Under the pieces are notes generated by a model. The model was given only the letters and a program-made list of their open reading frames with translations, was not told the DNA's origin and ran no database searches. 64,000 nucleotides of DNA from Camelus dromedarius (Eukaryota): NCBI RefSeq assembly GCF_036321535.1, contig NC_087438.1, positions 2,978,001 to 3,042,000 on the forward strand. The letters run 5' to 3'. Below, one piece after another: positions 12,790-25,089 of this stretch (the first letter of the stretch is position 1; the number at the start of each line of letters is the position of its first letter). The translations under genes were made by a program, and so were the position numbers.

Positions 12790-14580
12790 GGGTGTCAGCT
12801 TTCGGCCTCCGTCATGGCAGCTCGATGCGCTGTAATGGCAGGCGTTTTCCCTGTGAACTGTTAAGCATGTACATGCAATCACCACTCATTTACCGAGATG
12901 GAGAGACGCGTGTGTGCGCGTGCGAGCAGAGCGGGCGGCCGGCAGAGGATGGGTGTGCGCCCGAGTCATCCAGACAGACTGAAACGTTTCATCCGGACAG
13001 TACATGTCCCGTGTGAGCGTTAGCCCAGGGAAGGAAAACACGGGGAGAGAAAGTAGCATTTTGCGTCCCAAGGGCCACAAAAAAGCCAACCTAACTGAGT
13101 CGCAGTTGCAGGGACCCTGCCGTCCGGACCACCGCCTGCAGGCAGGTGCAGGCTTAGTCTGGGCACCTGCCCACGTCCTGGGTTTGCCTAAAATGCTTTC
13201 TCCTCTCGGCCTGCCGCGGCAGGTGTGAGGCTGGCGAGCAGAGCGATGCTGTTTCTCTTACTCTGAGAACCTGCGTGCGGGGTGCGGGATGCGCCAGCCT
13301 GCACCGCCAGGGCTGCCCGGCACCGTGCGCTGTGCAGCCCGCTAACCCCCTCGACCGTCTGTGTCTGCGCGCTGAACGTCGCCCAGACTCAGGTAAGAAA
13401 TGGGAGCCAAGTGTCCCTCATCTTAATCACTAATTAAAAACAGGAAAACAAAACAAAAAACAAAACAAAACAAAAAAAAAACCCTGTTCCCAGCTCCCTC
13501 AGCATCAAGGTAACAGAAGAGGGGACCTGAGTTCCGCCCTCCGCCTCCCTCACCCACCCTGCCGTTTGCTTTCTATTTGTCTTTTAATGGGGAGCGAGCT
13601 CGGCCTTTTGTCTGTGGCCCCAAAACCTCCGCCTGGTAGGCTGGAGGGGAAAGAAGGCAGGTCGTGTCATGCCGCGAAAACAGTGAGAGGCACAGATAAT
13701 TCAGGTTAAGTCAAGCCCAAGTGCCGGTGACTGTCACCAGGAGCCGCAGTCACAGGCAAACATGGAGCACACGAGGAGGCGACAGTGGGCCCAGGGAAGG
13801 TCGCAGCCCCTCCACATGCACCGCTGCCCGCCCGATGCGGGTGTCCCCGCCGCCAGCCCACGGCCAGGCCTTTGACAATGCTGCCATCTGCTGCTGCGCC
13901 CGCGGGCGGCGCCCGCACCTCCCGGGGCTGGAGCGGGGGGAGGGGGAGCAGGGCGCGCCTTTGTTCAGGGCGCAGCCGACCTTCCCTCCGCGCGGGGCAG
14001 GGCCTGCGGGGGTGCTGGATCCTCGCCGCAGGGGTGCCCCCCGCTTACCCAGGTGTGTCGGCCCAGGCGGAAACCAGACCCCCCGCAGGAGCCGCGGCGG
14101 CACGTACGCGTTAGGCAGCCGGCATCTTTGCAGAGGTATGTGCACCGAGGATGCTCGGCTCTAACAGGCGGTCCGCGCTGGGATTCGGCTCCTCCTAGGG
14201 CGGCAGCGATTTCGGCCTCTGCTCTGTCGCCGAGCAATTAAATAAAGTGCCACAAACAGAACGCGAAGGCGGCTGGCGTTTTTCCTTCTGCAGGAGAAGG
14301 AAGGAAAACTCAATGAGAGCCTCTCTCGGGCTGCGCTGTGATGAGGAAACGTGGCCATAAATAATGAGACCTTGTGCAATTGTGTTGTCAGAATGGTTCC
14401 GACGGATGAATGCAGAAACGTGGTGGAATCCGGGCCCGCCTCCCCTGTGCGATCTGCCCGCGCGACGTGCTCGCCCCCGGCCTCGCCTTGAGAACACACA
14501 CTCTCTAAGGCTCCTTCAGGCCACTCACGGCGCTGCGCTAGCCTTCCTTTATTGTCTGCTCGCCTGACGATGTGGGGGTT
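12790..14580. promoter_or_regulatory. CpG island, probable promoter or regulatory element
   Basis: Very high GC and CpG density against AT-rich flanks (e.g. gcgcccgcgggcggcgcccgc), no repeats, and a splice donor at 13393. Confidence 0.85.
13200..13392 (+). other. Candidate first (non-coding) exon ending at donor CAG|GTAAGA; start uncertain
   Basis: A near-consensus donor lies inside the CpG island. The two nearest upstream ATGs give only short ORFs that stop before the donor. Confidence 0.4.
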
Positions 14581-16762
14581 TGCCAACCACAAAGTCGGAT
14601 CCTCCTGAGGAATGACGGTCTTTAGATATTTTGTGATTTTTTTTAAGAATTCTTTTTGGAAAAGTGATTCTCTAGTGTTTTTCTTTTTACTCTTCCTTGG
14701 TTTGGGTAAAGAAAAAAAAAAGTTGGTCATTTGAATCATCTTTCAAAGTCACTATTTTAGAAATAGCCTCGTTCTCACAAAAGGGTGATTTAATTATCTG
14801 ATGTCAGTGTCCTAGCGCAGTGAAGACAATGTGCAGAGTGGATGGATAATGAGGGGGGACAGGGATTAAGCAGGACCCAGGGATGGGCCAGGAGGGGGGC
14901 CATTCTGAACTCAGGAGTGTGGGCAAAGAGGGGGTCTTGCAACGCCTGTGGCCTCTGAAGGAATAGCATGGAAATCAGTGAAATGAAGGCTAAAGCAGAC
15001 CAGATATTTGTAATTACTGTCATAATATTAACTGGTGGAAAAAAAAAAAGAAGAAGAAACAAAAACACCATTACCCAAGAAAAGCAATGGCTAAGAAATC
15101 TTTTTATAATCGACTCCCAGCAAAAGTGGGCATAAGAGCATTGCCCCCCACTCTGCCTGCTCCCTACATTTCCAGGGGGAAAAAAAATTCATGAAACTGA
15201 CTTCTCAAAAACATTTTTGAGTATGAAATTTTATTTTGGCTTCTGGTAAAATGGGTGTTCTGAAATGAGCTATTTAAGTAAATGTATTTCTAGCATAAAG
15301 AGGACATTTGACATAAATTGAGGGGGACCTCAGATTCATAATATTTTATCAAAATCAGAAGTGTGACTATTACCTGGAACAGAAAGGATGAGTGAGTTCA
15401 GTGGTGATGTTTGTTGACCCCAAGAACAAAACACACTTTTCCTCCTTTTTATCAGACTCTGATATTTTGCCCTAGATGGTAGGTTTTGATTTTAATAGAT
15501 ATGTTAAAATATCATGAATCCCTGAAAATTATACCAGTCCTCAGTCTCTGATTATAATGTAGCCGCCTTAGTCCTCTGTCTGTAACCTCCTGTCTTTTAA
15601 AATATGTGACACCTCCCCCCGCACCCACACTTGGCACACAGCTAATCAAACATTTTAACTAAAACACATGCAATTTGATGCAATTATGATCAGTGGTTGG
15701 AAGTGGATCCTTCTGCATTGCCACAGTCACAGTGCACAAGCCCTTCCCTGACTCATTCCTAGGAACTTGGTCACTGGGCCCCTTCAGCGTAAGAAGCAGT
15801 GGGACCTGGGTGACAAAAACAAGCTTGCACCCAACTCACCTATAGGAAGGGGTCTGAAAAGGCTGCCAAGGCAGACCTGTTTGGAAGAAAAGGATGATAA
15901 ATTGCTGCAAGCACCCTAAACTTTTTGTTTAAAATAAACACGGCACTGCATTTCCACAGGTAAATAGGGGTTTTCTTTGTTTCCTGATGTCAGCAGGTAG
16001 CAATCCCTGATTGATGTGTACTTTATTCCCAGGGATCAGGTTGCAAATAGTTATCGCCTATGATAAAGCAAGAGCCAAGTGTGTGGAAAGAGAAGACGAG
16101 ACCCCTTGGCCCTCCGGGCAACAGCAGTTCGCTCTGATCCCTGACCTGTCTGCTGAGAGCTTCTCTATCAGATCTAACGTGCTAAGGTTCAGGATTCTCC
16201 AATAACTCACATTCCAGCATGTGCTAGGAGTTACATAATCATGTATTTATTTTTGAACTGGCTGTTTGTAATGTAAATATGTAATATTCATTCTTTCCCA
16301 CTTAGAATGGTTTCTGTAAGAGGCATTCTGGAGCTCTTTTGGCAGCGTGCCGCCTTCTGAATCACAGTAGCAAGCCAGGTGCTCCCCAGTTTTACCTAAC
16401 CAAACTATGTTCTTTTTCATTTCTTTCCAGTTTCTCCTGTTATCACACTGACTTTAATTGTTTTCCAGATATTTTTTCTGAGTCTTTCTGCCAACCTTCC
16501 TATTTAGAATTCCCCCAAATCGCGACACAGAGAGACAAAATGCTATTCACTGTTATCTCTGGTTCTTTTTATTCTTTCTCATAAATCAATCCTTTCAGCT
16601 GCTTTATCATGTTTGCTTCCCTTCTTTGTACTTTTGAGTTTGTCAACATCATTTTGATAATGAGGTGCACCGAATCGTGTGGGTCTGTCTATCCGGGTGA
16701 TAGACACAACGCCGGGGTCTCACAACCTCACAACACAGCGACAGCAGGTAGAGATTCATGAC

Positions 16763-16764
<2 letters not shown>

Positions 16765-16808
<44 letters not shown>
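16765..16808. repeat. (AC)22 microsatellite
   Basis: Perfect dinucleotide run read directly. Confidence 0.98.
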
Positions 16809-16811
<3 letters not shown>

Positions 16812-17869
16812 CCTGTACCCATTCCAGCAGCCCGATCAATTTAAAGGTCTGTCTTATTTTAACTCTCAGTACAGAGAGAGGCCAGTGCACTGCAGCGTGA
16901 TGCCAGAGGGGCTTACGCGTAAACCCTGCTTGACTTGGAAATCAAAGAGAGGTGAGGAGAGTTCAGGTTTTCTCAGGCTGAGGTGTGAGACTTGCCAAGA
17001 GACAAGGCTGGACTAATAAGGTCTGAAAGCAGCTTTATCTAGTTAATCGCAGCCCTTGACATCACAGGACAAGGTGCTAGTTCCTCGTGTTTATGGCCGG
17101 CGCCACAGTGAAAGCGAACATTAAAGATTTTACTCTCTGCACCGGCGTGTCGAATAAAAACGCAGTGCGAACGTAAGAAATTGTACCCCCGGCCTCTGCG
17201 CTCCTGTTGCAGGAGGAGGTTCAGGATGACACTGACGTGTAACAGATGATTCCCCACGTTTTGCCGTCTACGTCTGTTTCTGGTTTCTCACCTGTCCTGA
17301 AAGTCCTGAGTTGTCCTCCCAGTCTGTCTCTTCTTCCTAAGACGGGGTGCAACCCACGTGGTGTTGCCCCTCCTGTCAGGCAAGGCTTCAGAGAGCTGTG
17401 GGACGAAGACTCTTCACTGTCATTGGCGTCACCTGGATGGCACTGAAACCCCGGAGCTGGCATATACACTTCTGAGCGACAAACAAGCACACCCGGCTGT
17501 CCCTTTGAAGGCTTCTGAGGCACATCCTGAAAGACGGCAGTCTTGATTACACTGCAGTGTTTTCATTTCAGGTGTCATCGTGTTCATTCATAATTTGGGA
17601 TTAACACATGTACAGAAAATCATATAACTAGGGGAGTCCCTTCTTTCTTTTAAAAAAGCTTATTTATGCTCGATGTTCGTAGAATACCACCTGGACCTTA
17701 GACTTTTATGATTTCAAACGTGTTTCCCGGGGCAGCATCTGTGATTCTTCTGCAGAGGACCCCTGGATTTATACAATGCTGCATTGCCTCTGATTGAAGA
17801 GCTGCATGAAATCTGAATGTTTCTAAAAGAGAGTGTTTACTCTTTCACATGGAGGTTTTGCTGGCTGGA

Positions 17870-18290
17870 AGCCTGGTCTCCGGGAGACGCCACACCTAAA
17901 GGAAAGGAAGGCCGCAGGCCGCTGTCTGAACGGTTCCGTTGTGTTGGCGGAATCACGCTGCAAGCGAGCGGCTGGGTTCTGCCTTCTGCTCAGAAATGTT
18001 CCCGCTGAGCATTCTGCAGGCTCAGCCTTGGTGAACATTTTGAGCCAGTGGCCCAGGCTGTGAAATAACCCGGCACGTCCCGGTGACCACCGCCTGCCCC
18101 CTGGCACAGCGCGGGGAAGTCGGAGGGTGCAGGGGGCAGCTGGGCGCCGGCCGGAGGGCCAGGGCCTGGGCGAGGCGGGCCGCCGCCTGCAGCACCGCTC
18201 CGCGGCCAGCCCGCCTGTGGGCACCCGGCCCAGCACCCGCCGGGGACGTCAGCGGGTTTGGCCGTTCCCCTGCTGTGGATGCAACACTCG
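17870..18290. promoter_or_regulatory. Small CpG island / GC-rich element
   Basis: Dense CpG (ggcgccggccggagg; ctccgcggccagcccgcc) and a TGACGTC-like gacgtca at about 18245. Confidence 0.65.
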
Positions 18291-18844
18291 GGAAGAATGC
18301 AGTTTGAACCCGAACTTACCTGATCATAGCACTTAGGCCAGAAGCCTGTTAACACTAAGCCTGCAAAACACGTCCTCCCTTCGTGGAGCACCTCCCAGAT
18401 GGACACAGGATCCCAACAACCTGGAGTGAAAGCTGACTTAACTGCACTGGGCCAGCATTTTATTTTGTTTGCCTTCTGTGTGTGAGAATAAAATTCAGTA
18501 AGTTGCTGTCCCTAAACTAAACAGTCTCACACCCGATAGAGGTAGGAGGGGGCCGTCTGTTCACAAGTAACGAAAAGGAGATAAACAGGAGATACGAGAA
18601 AAATGATTCGCAGCATGCTCCAAGAACACTTTTAAGAGCATTTTTAACCTTCACTTATTTACATGTATTTTACATACATTCATGTATTCTCCCTGAATTT
18701 GTTGATCTTCTGCCATGTGGGAGACATACTTCTAGGGTTAGAGACACATGAAGAACACACTGTACACACATGCACAGGCCCTGCCCCCATCCTGAGGACG
18801 GTGAACAGCTGCCTCACTTAATTCTTGCTACCTGTCTGGTGTTG

Positions 18845-18915
18845 TAACGCCCTATTACAGATGAGAATGCTGAGGACAGGCGTGGGGAGACGATCAGCTC
18901 ACAGCCACACTGAGG
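18845..18915 (-). mobile_element. MIR core fragment
   Basis: ccctattacagatgagaatgctgaggacagg..cagccacac matches the antisense MIR core. Confidence 0.6.
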
Positions 18916-18919
18916 AGTC

Positions 18920-19110
18920 GGTGGTTAAGATTTGGCCATAGGAAGTGTGACGTCTGAGTTCAGACTCTGGCTTCACACCTTGATAGCTGTGTGGCCCTGG
19001 GCAAACTGTTCAACCTCTCTGTTTTAGTTTCCTCATGCAGCAGAGGTCTGCGGTGAGAATTAAACAAGTTCATCTTTGTTTAGAGCGATCTGGGTTGATC
19101 TGGCATATAA
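18920..19110 (+). mobile_element. MIR SINE
   Basis: gtggttaaga..tagctgtgtggccctgggcaaactgttcaacctctctgttttagtttcctcat..gtgagaattaaa. Confidence 0.8.
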
Positions 19111-22100
19111 GACAGTTCTCTGGAATCTTTGTGAGTTTCTACATTTAAAAAAACACTTAAAACTCCAAGACTTCACCGCTGGTTCGCGTAGTAGAAATAA
19201 CTTTCCTTCCCTCTAACTTTCCTTTCTCCTCCTGCCTCTTCTTCCTCTCTTTTTTACGAATTGGCAAAGAGCATAATTATTCACCTCCTACTGCAGTGGA
19301 ATTGAGTCACAAATACGATCCTTACTTTCACTAACTCCCACTTAATTCATTACTAATCTGCCTTTTAAGAACTGCGTCAAAAACCCCACAAAACCTTAAG
19401 TTATAAACGGTCCCCAAATGTGTCATTTCACTCTACTTTACATCTTTTGAAACTTTTTGTCACACAGGGATTCAGTAAAGTGGTAGAATTTTCTAAATGG
19501 CAGCCATTCTGGACTTGGACAGTAGTTTTTTAAAAATGAATCCGTCTCTGATATACTCATGTTACTTTTAAAAATGGCTGAAATGCCTCTAAATGTAGAT
19601 TTAAATGAAGATAGATTTTTGCAAAGAAAATCTGATTCACCTAGTGTTAAGTAGAAGCAAACAAGCCAATAAAAGCATTTGTTTTGAAAAACATTCAGAA
19701 TCCGTTTGTGCCACAGAGGCAGTTCAAAAGATGCAAGAGTTACCGTGTGTCCGGTGGGGCTTGTCACGCTGAGTTCTCAGGGCGCATGCGCACCTGCTGC
19801 AGGGGTCCTCTCCGCGAGGCTCAGCCAGTCTAGGACGGGGCCATGCGTAGGGGAGACCTGTGCCTTGGTTTCTCAATGCATTCCTTGCAACAACACAGAG
19901 GTTTTCAGGAATCCCTAAGAAATCTTATATTTACAACAAGAAGACAGTGAACCTTTTGTAATTCTCATAAATAATATACACTTGTGTATAATTCTAGGAA
20001 GACATAAATGTTCAAAATCAAACTATTAGAAGCATTATCATTCTGCATCCATTTACCTAGGAATCGTTGGTTTAAGCAAAATATTTTATGTAAAATATAT
20101 AATGTTACCAGTTGAATGTAACAGTTGTAAATGTAATCTGATGCTATCAGTGAGAAATTGTCTCTAATAGTTATTTTAAAACTTGGGAGATCTAATTTTT
20201 TCCCTCCGTTCCTGATACTGGTAACATATGAGGTGATCTCAGTGTCACACATTGAAGCTGACAAATTAATTCGGACAGCTTCAGTAGGGGATGGAGTTGC
20301 CTGTTAATAAAAATGCTTAATTTCAGTAATAATTATTAATTTAATGCTATATGGAAATCATCTGCAATAATGCTATGAAGACCACTTGATTTTGTCATTA
20401 ATGACTATTGTATAGATACGATTCTAATGAAAAAGGATAACTTAATTGTTAAAACACAAATCAAGAAAGTAAAGTCTAAAGAGACGAGAGAAGTCTAATT
20501 AACATCAGTGTTCTCAACATAACGTAAGATTAAAGGAACGGAGTATGTTAAAGAATACACAGTGCATGTGTGACGGCACAGGTCGAGAATTTGACAGTAC
20601 ACGCCACAACATTATTTACTCAAAAACGTTGATTCTCTATTTGTGTATTTAAAATATATGTAGGCACCTGCTTTTTATAAATAGTCTAAAAACTGTTTAA
20701 GAAACCCATAGTAAATTATCTATTACCTAAATGGATGCTGAGAAACTTTTTTTCTGTATCAGCAAATATCAGATTATAGTCCACTTAGTAATTTCTATTA
20801 ATTTTATATTAATTTGAACACTTTACCTCTATAAAACTGGTCATCACTCCTGTTCAGAATGTTTGATTTAACATATGGAAATGTTATAAATCATAAAATA
20901 TACATTTTTATGTCAGTTCTCTTTAGTGTTCAATTTTAGAACTGCATAAGAAATTTAAATAAAACCCAAAGAATTCCTAATCACCGTGTTCCATCAGATA
21001 CTGACTTGGGTCTCAGAATCAGACGAGCGAGCCATTGGAATAAAGTCACTGCCAAAAATACCGGTAGAAAGTACGAAATAGAGATGAACTTGTAAAGACC
21101 CTTGTATTACCCCAAAATATTACAGAGCTTCTTCCAATATTTTTTCTTAACTAGCCCAGCAACTGGAGATACACTAAGACCTAGTCTGGTTATTGGATAA
21201 CTTTGCATTTAAAGGTTATTTGAATAACCGCTTAATTAAAAAGCACAAATCAGACCCCCATAAAAAGCACAAGTGGAGAAGGGCTCAGCTAATTTGAGCC
21301 TCTTTCTGATTGGTTCCCAAGTCCTGGGGTACATAGATTGCATTTTAAGAGGTGTCATTATGCCAGCTCAGGGTGGTGGCATGGTCACAGAGGGAGCTGC
21401 ATTCCCAGACAGGCTCCCGGGACCTGTGCTTGGAACCGCAGTCAGCACGAGGGGTTACGTGGGCAAAGCGATGGCGTTGCTGCTGATTGCTGAGTTGAGA
21501 TGGTAGCGAAATAAGCACAAATAGCGTTTTTCTCAGCCCTCTAAACAGGAGTGGGGTTTGGAGCAAAACTGGTAAGAATGAGATGGAGATGAAGAACGTG
21601 TGTTTTTAACTCAAAAGGAGGAGCCTCTACCTTCCTGAAAGTGATGTGCTTGGAAAGAGACAGGTCATAATGAGCAGGGAAGAGGCGCCTGGCATTTGCC
21701 TGACTCCCACCGACAGGGAGCCCTGCCATGAGCGGGTGTGATTAGCTCTCTCTGTGCGGGGAACAAAGGCTTGTCATGCAGAAGAAAAGCCCCCAGCTAA
21801 GCAAGACCCCCGCCAGTTCCGCCTTCCAGTCCCCCTCACTGCCTTGGAGAGAGGAAGTGGAAGAAAACAGGTGTGGAGTGGATTTTCCTAACATCAGGAA
21901 TGGGAGGATCTCGGTCTGTTAATGTCATTACTGAGAATAATTACGTGGTTTGGAGGCCAGAGAACAACGCCACGTTTGTTGGACTGAGTACCTGCAGCAA
22001 AAGGACGATGAGGATGGAGTGTGATGCCACGGACTCTGTTGCCCTGGTCCTGCTAATTTCTTCAAGAAAGGCTCTGTGTTGGGTGTTTCCTGGACCCCAT

Positions 22101-23489
22101 CACAGCAGGGAGATGGTCCGCCAGCCATCGCCGCGAGAGCCTCCCCTTCAGTGCTGCAGATTCCAGACCAGGAGACACGCTTGTAGCTCAGAAGTTATGC
22201 TTTTCAAAACGGAATTTAGTTTGCTTGCTCCATTAACTTTAAATAATGACAAAAGTATGCTTCTTTAAGAATTCTGATTTCTGTCCTGTGTATGTGTTCA
22301 CTCTCTCCCCAATTGCGTCTTAATTCTTCGATCCCTCAGGGTGAAGGTCTCATATTCCCAGAGTATGTAGCTATCACTGCTAGGGTTGAATACTTAGATT
22401 TCTCATTTCAGTAGATTTCATCAGGAACAGTTTATTTTGAGAGATTAGACAAAAAAAGGTTGTTAGGCAGAGTCTAAAGACAGCCATAGAAGTCAAGCAC
22501 TTGGATCATGCTTTTCCCATCACTTTCAATGGCTTGGATAATTTTGGCAACCAGACGATATGTTTGTATTATGGTCTAGATTCACTGCCCACCTCCAAGC
22601 AGTGGGCAACCGATCAAATCCTAAATGGAGATGTGTCTCCTGAACGTTTAACTGTCATAAATGAGAAGTGACACAGAAAAGGCTGTGAGAGCTTGGAAAA
22701 ACGTGTATGTTATTTTCAGGCCCCTCACATATTAATGCTCAGTCCTTATTGTCTTAACTTTTAAATTTTCATAATCATGAAATGGGGAATTCCTACTAAT
22801 TTCCATCCCACCATTCTCATATGGTTTTTAAAACATAGACTATTTTGCAAGAAATAAAATGTATTATCACAACAATCAATGTTATTTATATTAGTGACAG
22901 AATTTAGTCATTAAATTATTTATAGTAGTGACAGAATTCTTATATTTTGGCCAACACACTACCTCTCTTTTCTATGCATGGATAAATTTCTTTGGCAGTA
23001 CCCCTAGGTGGCAGGGTAATATTATGATACTTTAGTTCTAAAGACGCTCAGTATTCTAACCTTAAGAAAAGGGAGACAAAAATCAAAAACAAATTTCTTG
23101 AATCCTTAATCTTGAGCTTGGACATCTTCCAAAACAGAAAGAAGATTTTAAAAAACGGTTTGATAGCTTATAAGCATATTTCATCCCAAATGTAGAACTA
23201 CACAATGCATTTGAGTACCCCAAGAATTACATTAGTCAGTTTTTCTTTTATAGTGGGTAAGTGGAGAGAGCAGAGAGTTCTCAGACCCTGTTTCTTCAGG
23301 CAGACAAGAGCTCATTCATTAGAGTATCACTTTTTTTCCAAAATAGCCTATATAATTTGTGAAGACTGATTAAACAAAGCCCAACAAAACAAGATCAAAA
23401 GAATAACCAGCGTGCAGGGCATGGACCATAGTTAAACTCTTTTTAATTTAGCAAAAATAATAGAATTTTAGAACACACTGTGAAATACG

Positions 23490-24015
23490 TTTGGTGTAAG
23501 CTGAGGCATGAGAGCCCCCTGAAGCGCTGCTCATGTGAATTGGTACAGTCGTTTGGCACAGTAATTCGATGTTTGGACAAACAAGCTCCAACTATTTAGG
23601 GAATTTGACCTTATGCTTCCACTTTATAAATTCACCCCAAGGAAGCTACATTAACTATAATAATAGCAACAGCAACCCCTGGGAGCTGTGATGCAGCTGC
23701 AAAATTACACAGAATTTGCTAATGAAAATAAACATGTATTCACATACTAGAATAGTATGTAACCATCAAAATCAGGTTTACAAGTAATATTTAATTAATG
23801 GGAAATGATTATCATAACATTAAATGAAAAATTAAAATTCAAATCGCTACAATGTCGATTGTAATAAAATTGTAATAAAATATTTACAAAATAAAGTCTG
23901 GAATGAAATATACCAAAATATTTGCCGAAGTTTCTTCTAGGTAATAGAATCATTATTTTCTCTTTGTTGTCTGTTTTTAATTTTCTTAATGAATCCACAT
24001 TTATTATATAAAAAT
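23490..24015 (+). mobile_element. Ancient L1ME-like 3' end
   Basis: gtgaattggtacagtcgtttgg; atgggaaatgattatcataacattaaatgaaaaa; tctggaatgaaatataccaaaata. Confidence 0.65.
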
Positions 24016-24889
24016 AGAACAATTTTAGTTCATGTATTTCTTTGACTACGTCAAAAAAAAACCATGTTTAGATAGATGATGAAAGATGCAAATATGTATG
24101 TGGGTGGCAGGGGTGAGAAAATCCTCGCACTTCTGGGACGAGATTCAAGCAGAAGCAGATCATTGAAACTTTCCAGGGCTTATTCGTCGATTTTTTTCAA
24201 CCTAAATAGAATGACGGTCAACCACGATAATCGTTAAGATTTTAAACTCAAATCTGGAGATTATCAGCGTCCTGTGATATAAATCCATGATGGACGTGTC
24301 AACCCATAAGGCTTGAATTCTTGTCCATGAAAATTAAAACTTCGTACTGAGGTGTTTTGCATGTGTACATATTATTCCCTGTCTTAACCTCATTAAGCTG
24401 CATGTTTCTGCTTAAACATATTCATTTTAGTGACTAGTGATAAACAAGAAACTTAAACATACATACGTTCGCAAACGTTACAGTATATGTTCCCCACAGT
24501 GACTGAAACTCACTGCTTTTACATGGTCATGTTTGTTCACCTCTTAAGAGCACAGTTACGCACTGCCTACGACGTGGAATATGATGCCACGTGTGGAAGA
24601 CGTAACTGAAGGAAAGTCAGACAGGGCGCTGCCCTCAGGGAGCTCTTTCCAACAAGGCTGATTGAAAGCTTTGATGTGAGTGCCTTAGAAACTCTGACAG
24701 GTGGGGCTGAGCCACACGCCCACGTGGGGACAGAGGAGGCCTGGGAAGAGAAGATGGTAGCCATGCTTAGGTGTGAGGGATAGGACAGAACTCACCCTGT
24801 AGAGTGGATGCAATGATGCTCCAAGCTGCAGAGGATGTGAACCTGACGTGGTTCCTTACCCACCAGAGGGAAAGTCCCCGCAGCGCTGG

Positions 24890-24995
24890 TCCCTCGCCGC
24901 CCTGTGAGGATGGCCACGCTGACCATGCTCACAGGGTTACTTTGTGGATTACATGGGGTAGCAGCAGGAAGACACGTGAACAGTGCTGGGCCCAG
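24890..24995 (+). mobile_element. MIR 3' fragment
   Basis: ctcacagggttactttgtggattacatgggg..gaacagtgctgggcccag. Confidence 0.5.
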
Positions 24996-25089
24996 AAACA
25001 GGCAAGAGAGGAGAGCTACAACAGCAAAGGGGAGGAGGGAGAGGAGGAGTCAGCTGACGGCACGGAAGCCAAAGTCTGTGATTTACCCA

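Noticed and set aside
13706..14739. Several overlapping ORFs of 90-192 aa in the CpG island
   Set aside because: They are Pro/Arg/Gly/Ala-rich, open on both strands and have no recognisable domain. This is expected from stop-codon scarcity in GC-rich DNA.
20507..20680. cagtgttctcaac start resembling a hAT/MER5-type terminal repeat
   Set aside because: I could not find a matching second terminus or assign a family.
21873..22268. 131-aa plus-strand ORF after a GC-rich patch
   Set aside because: It starts at GTG, has no recognisable family and no clear exon boundaries.
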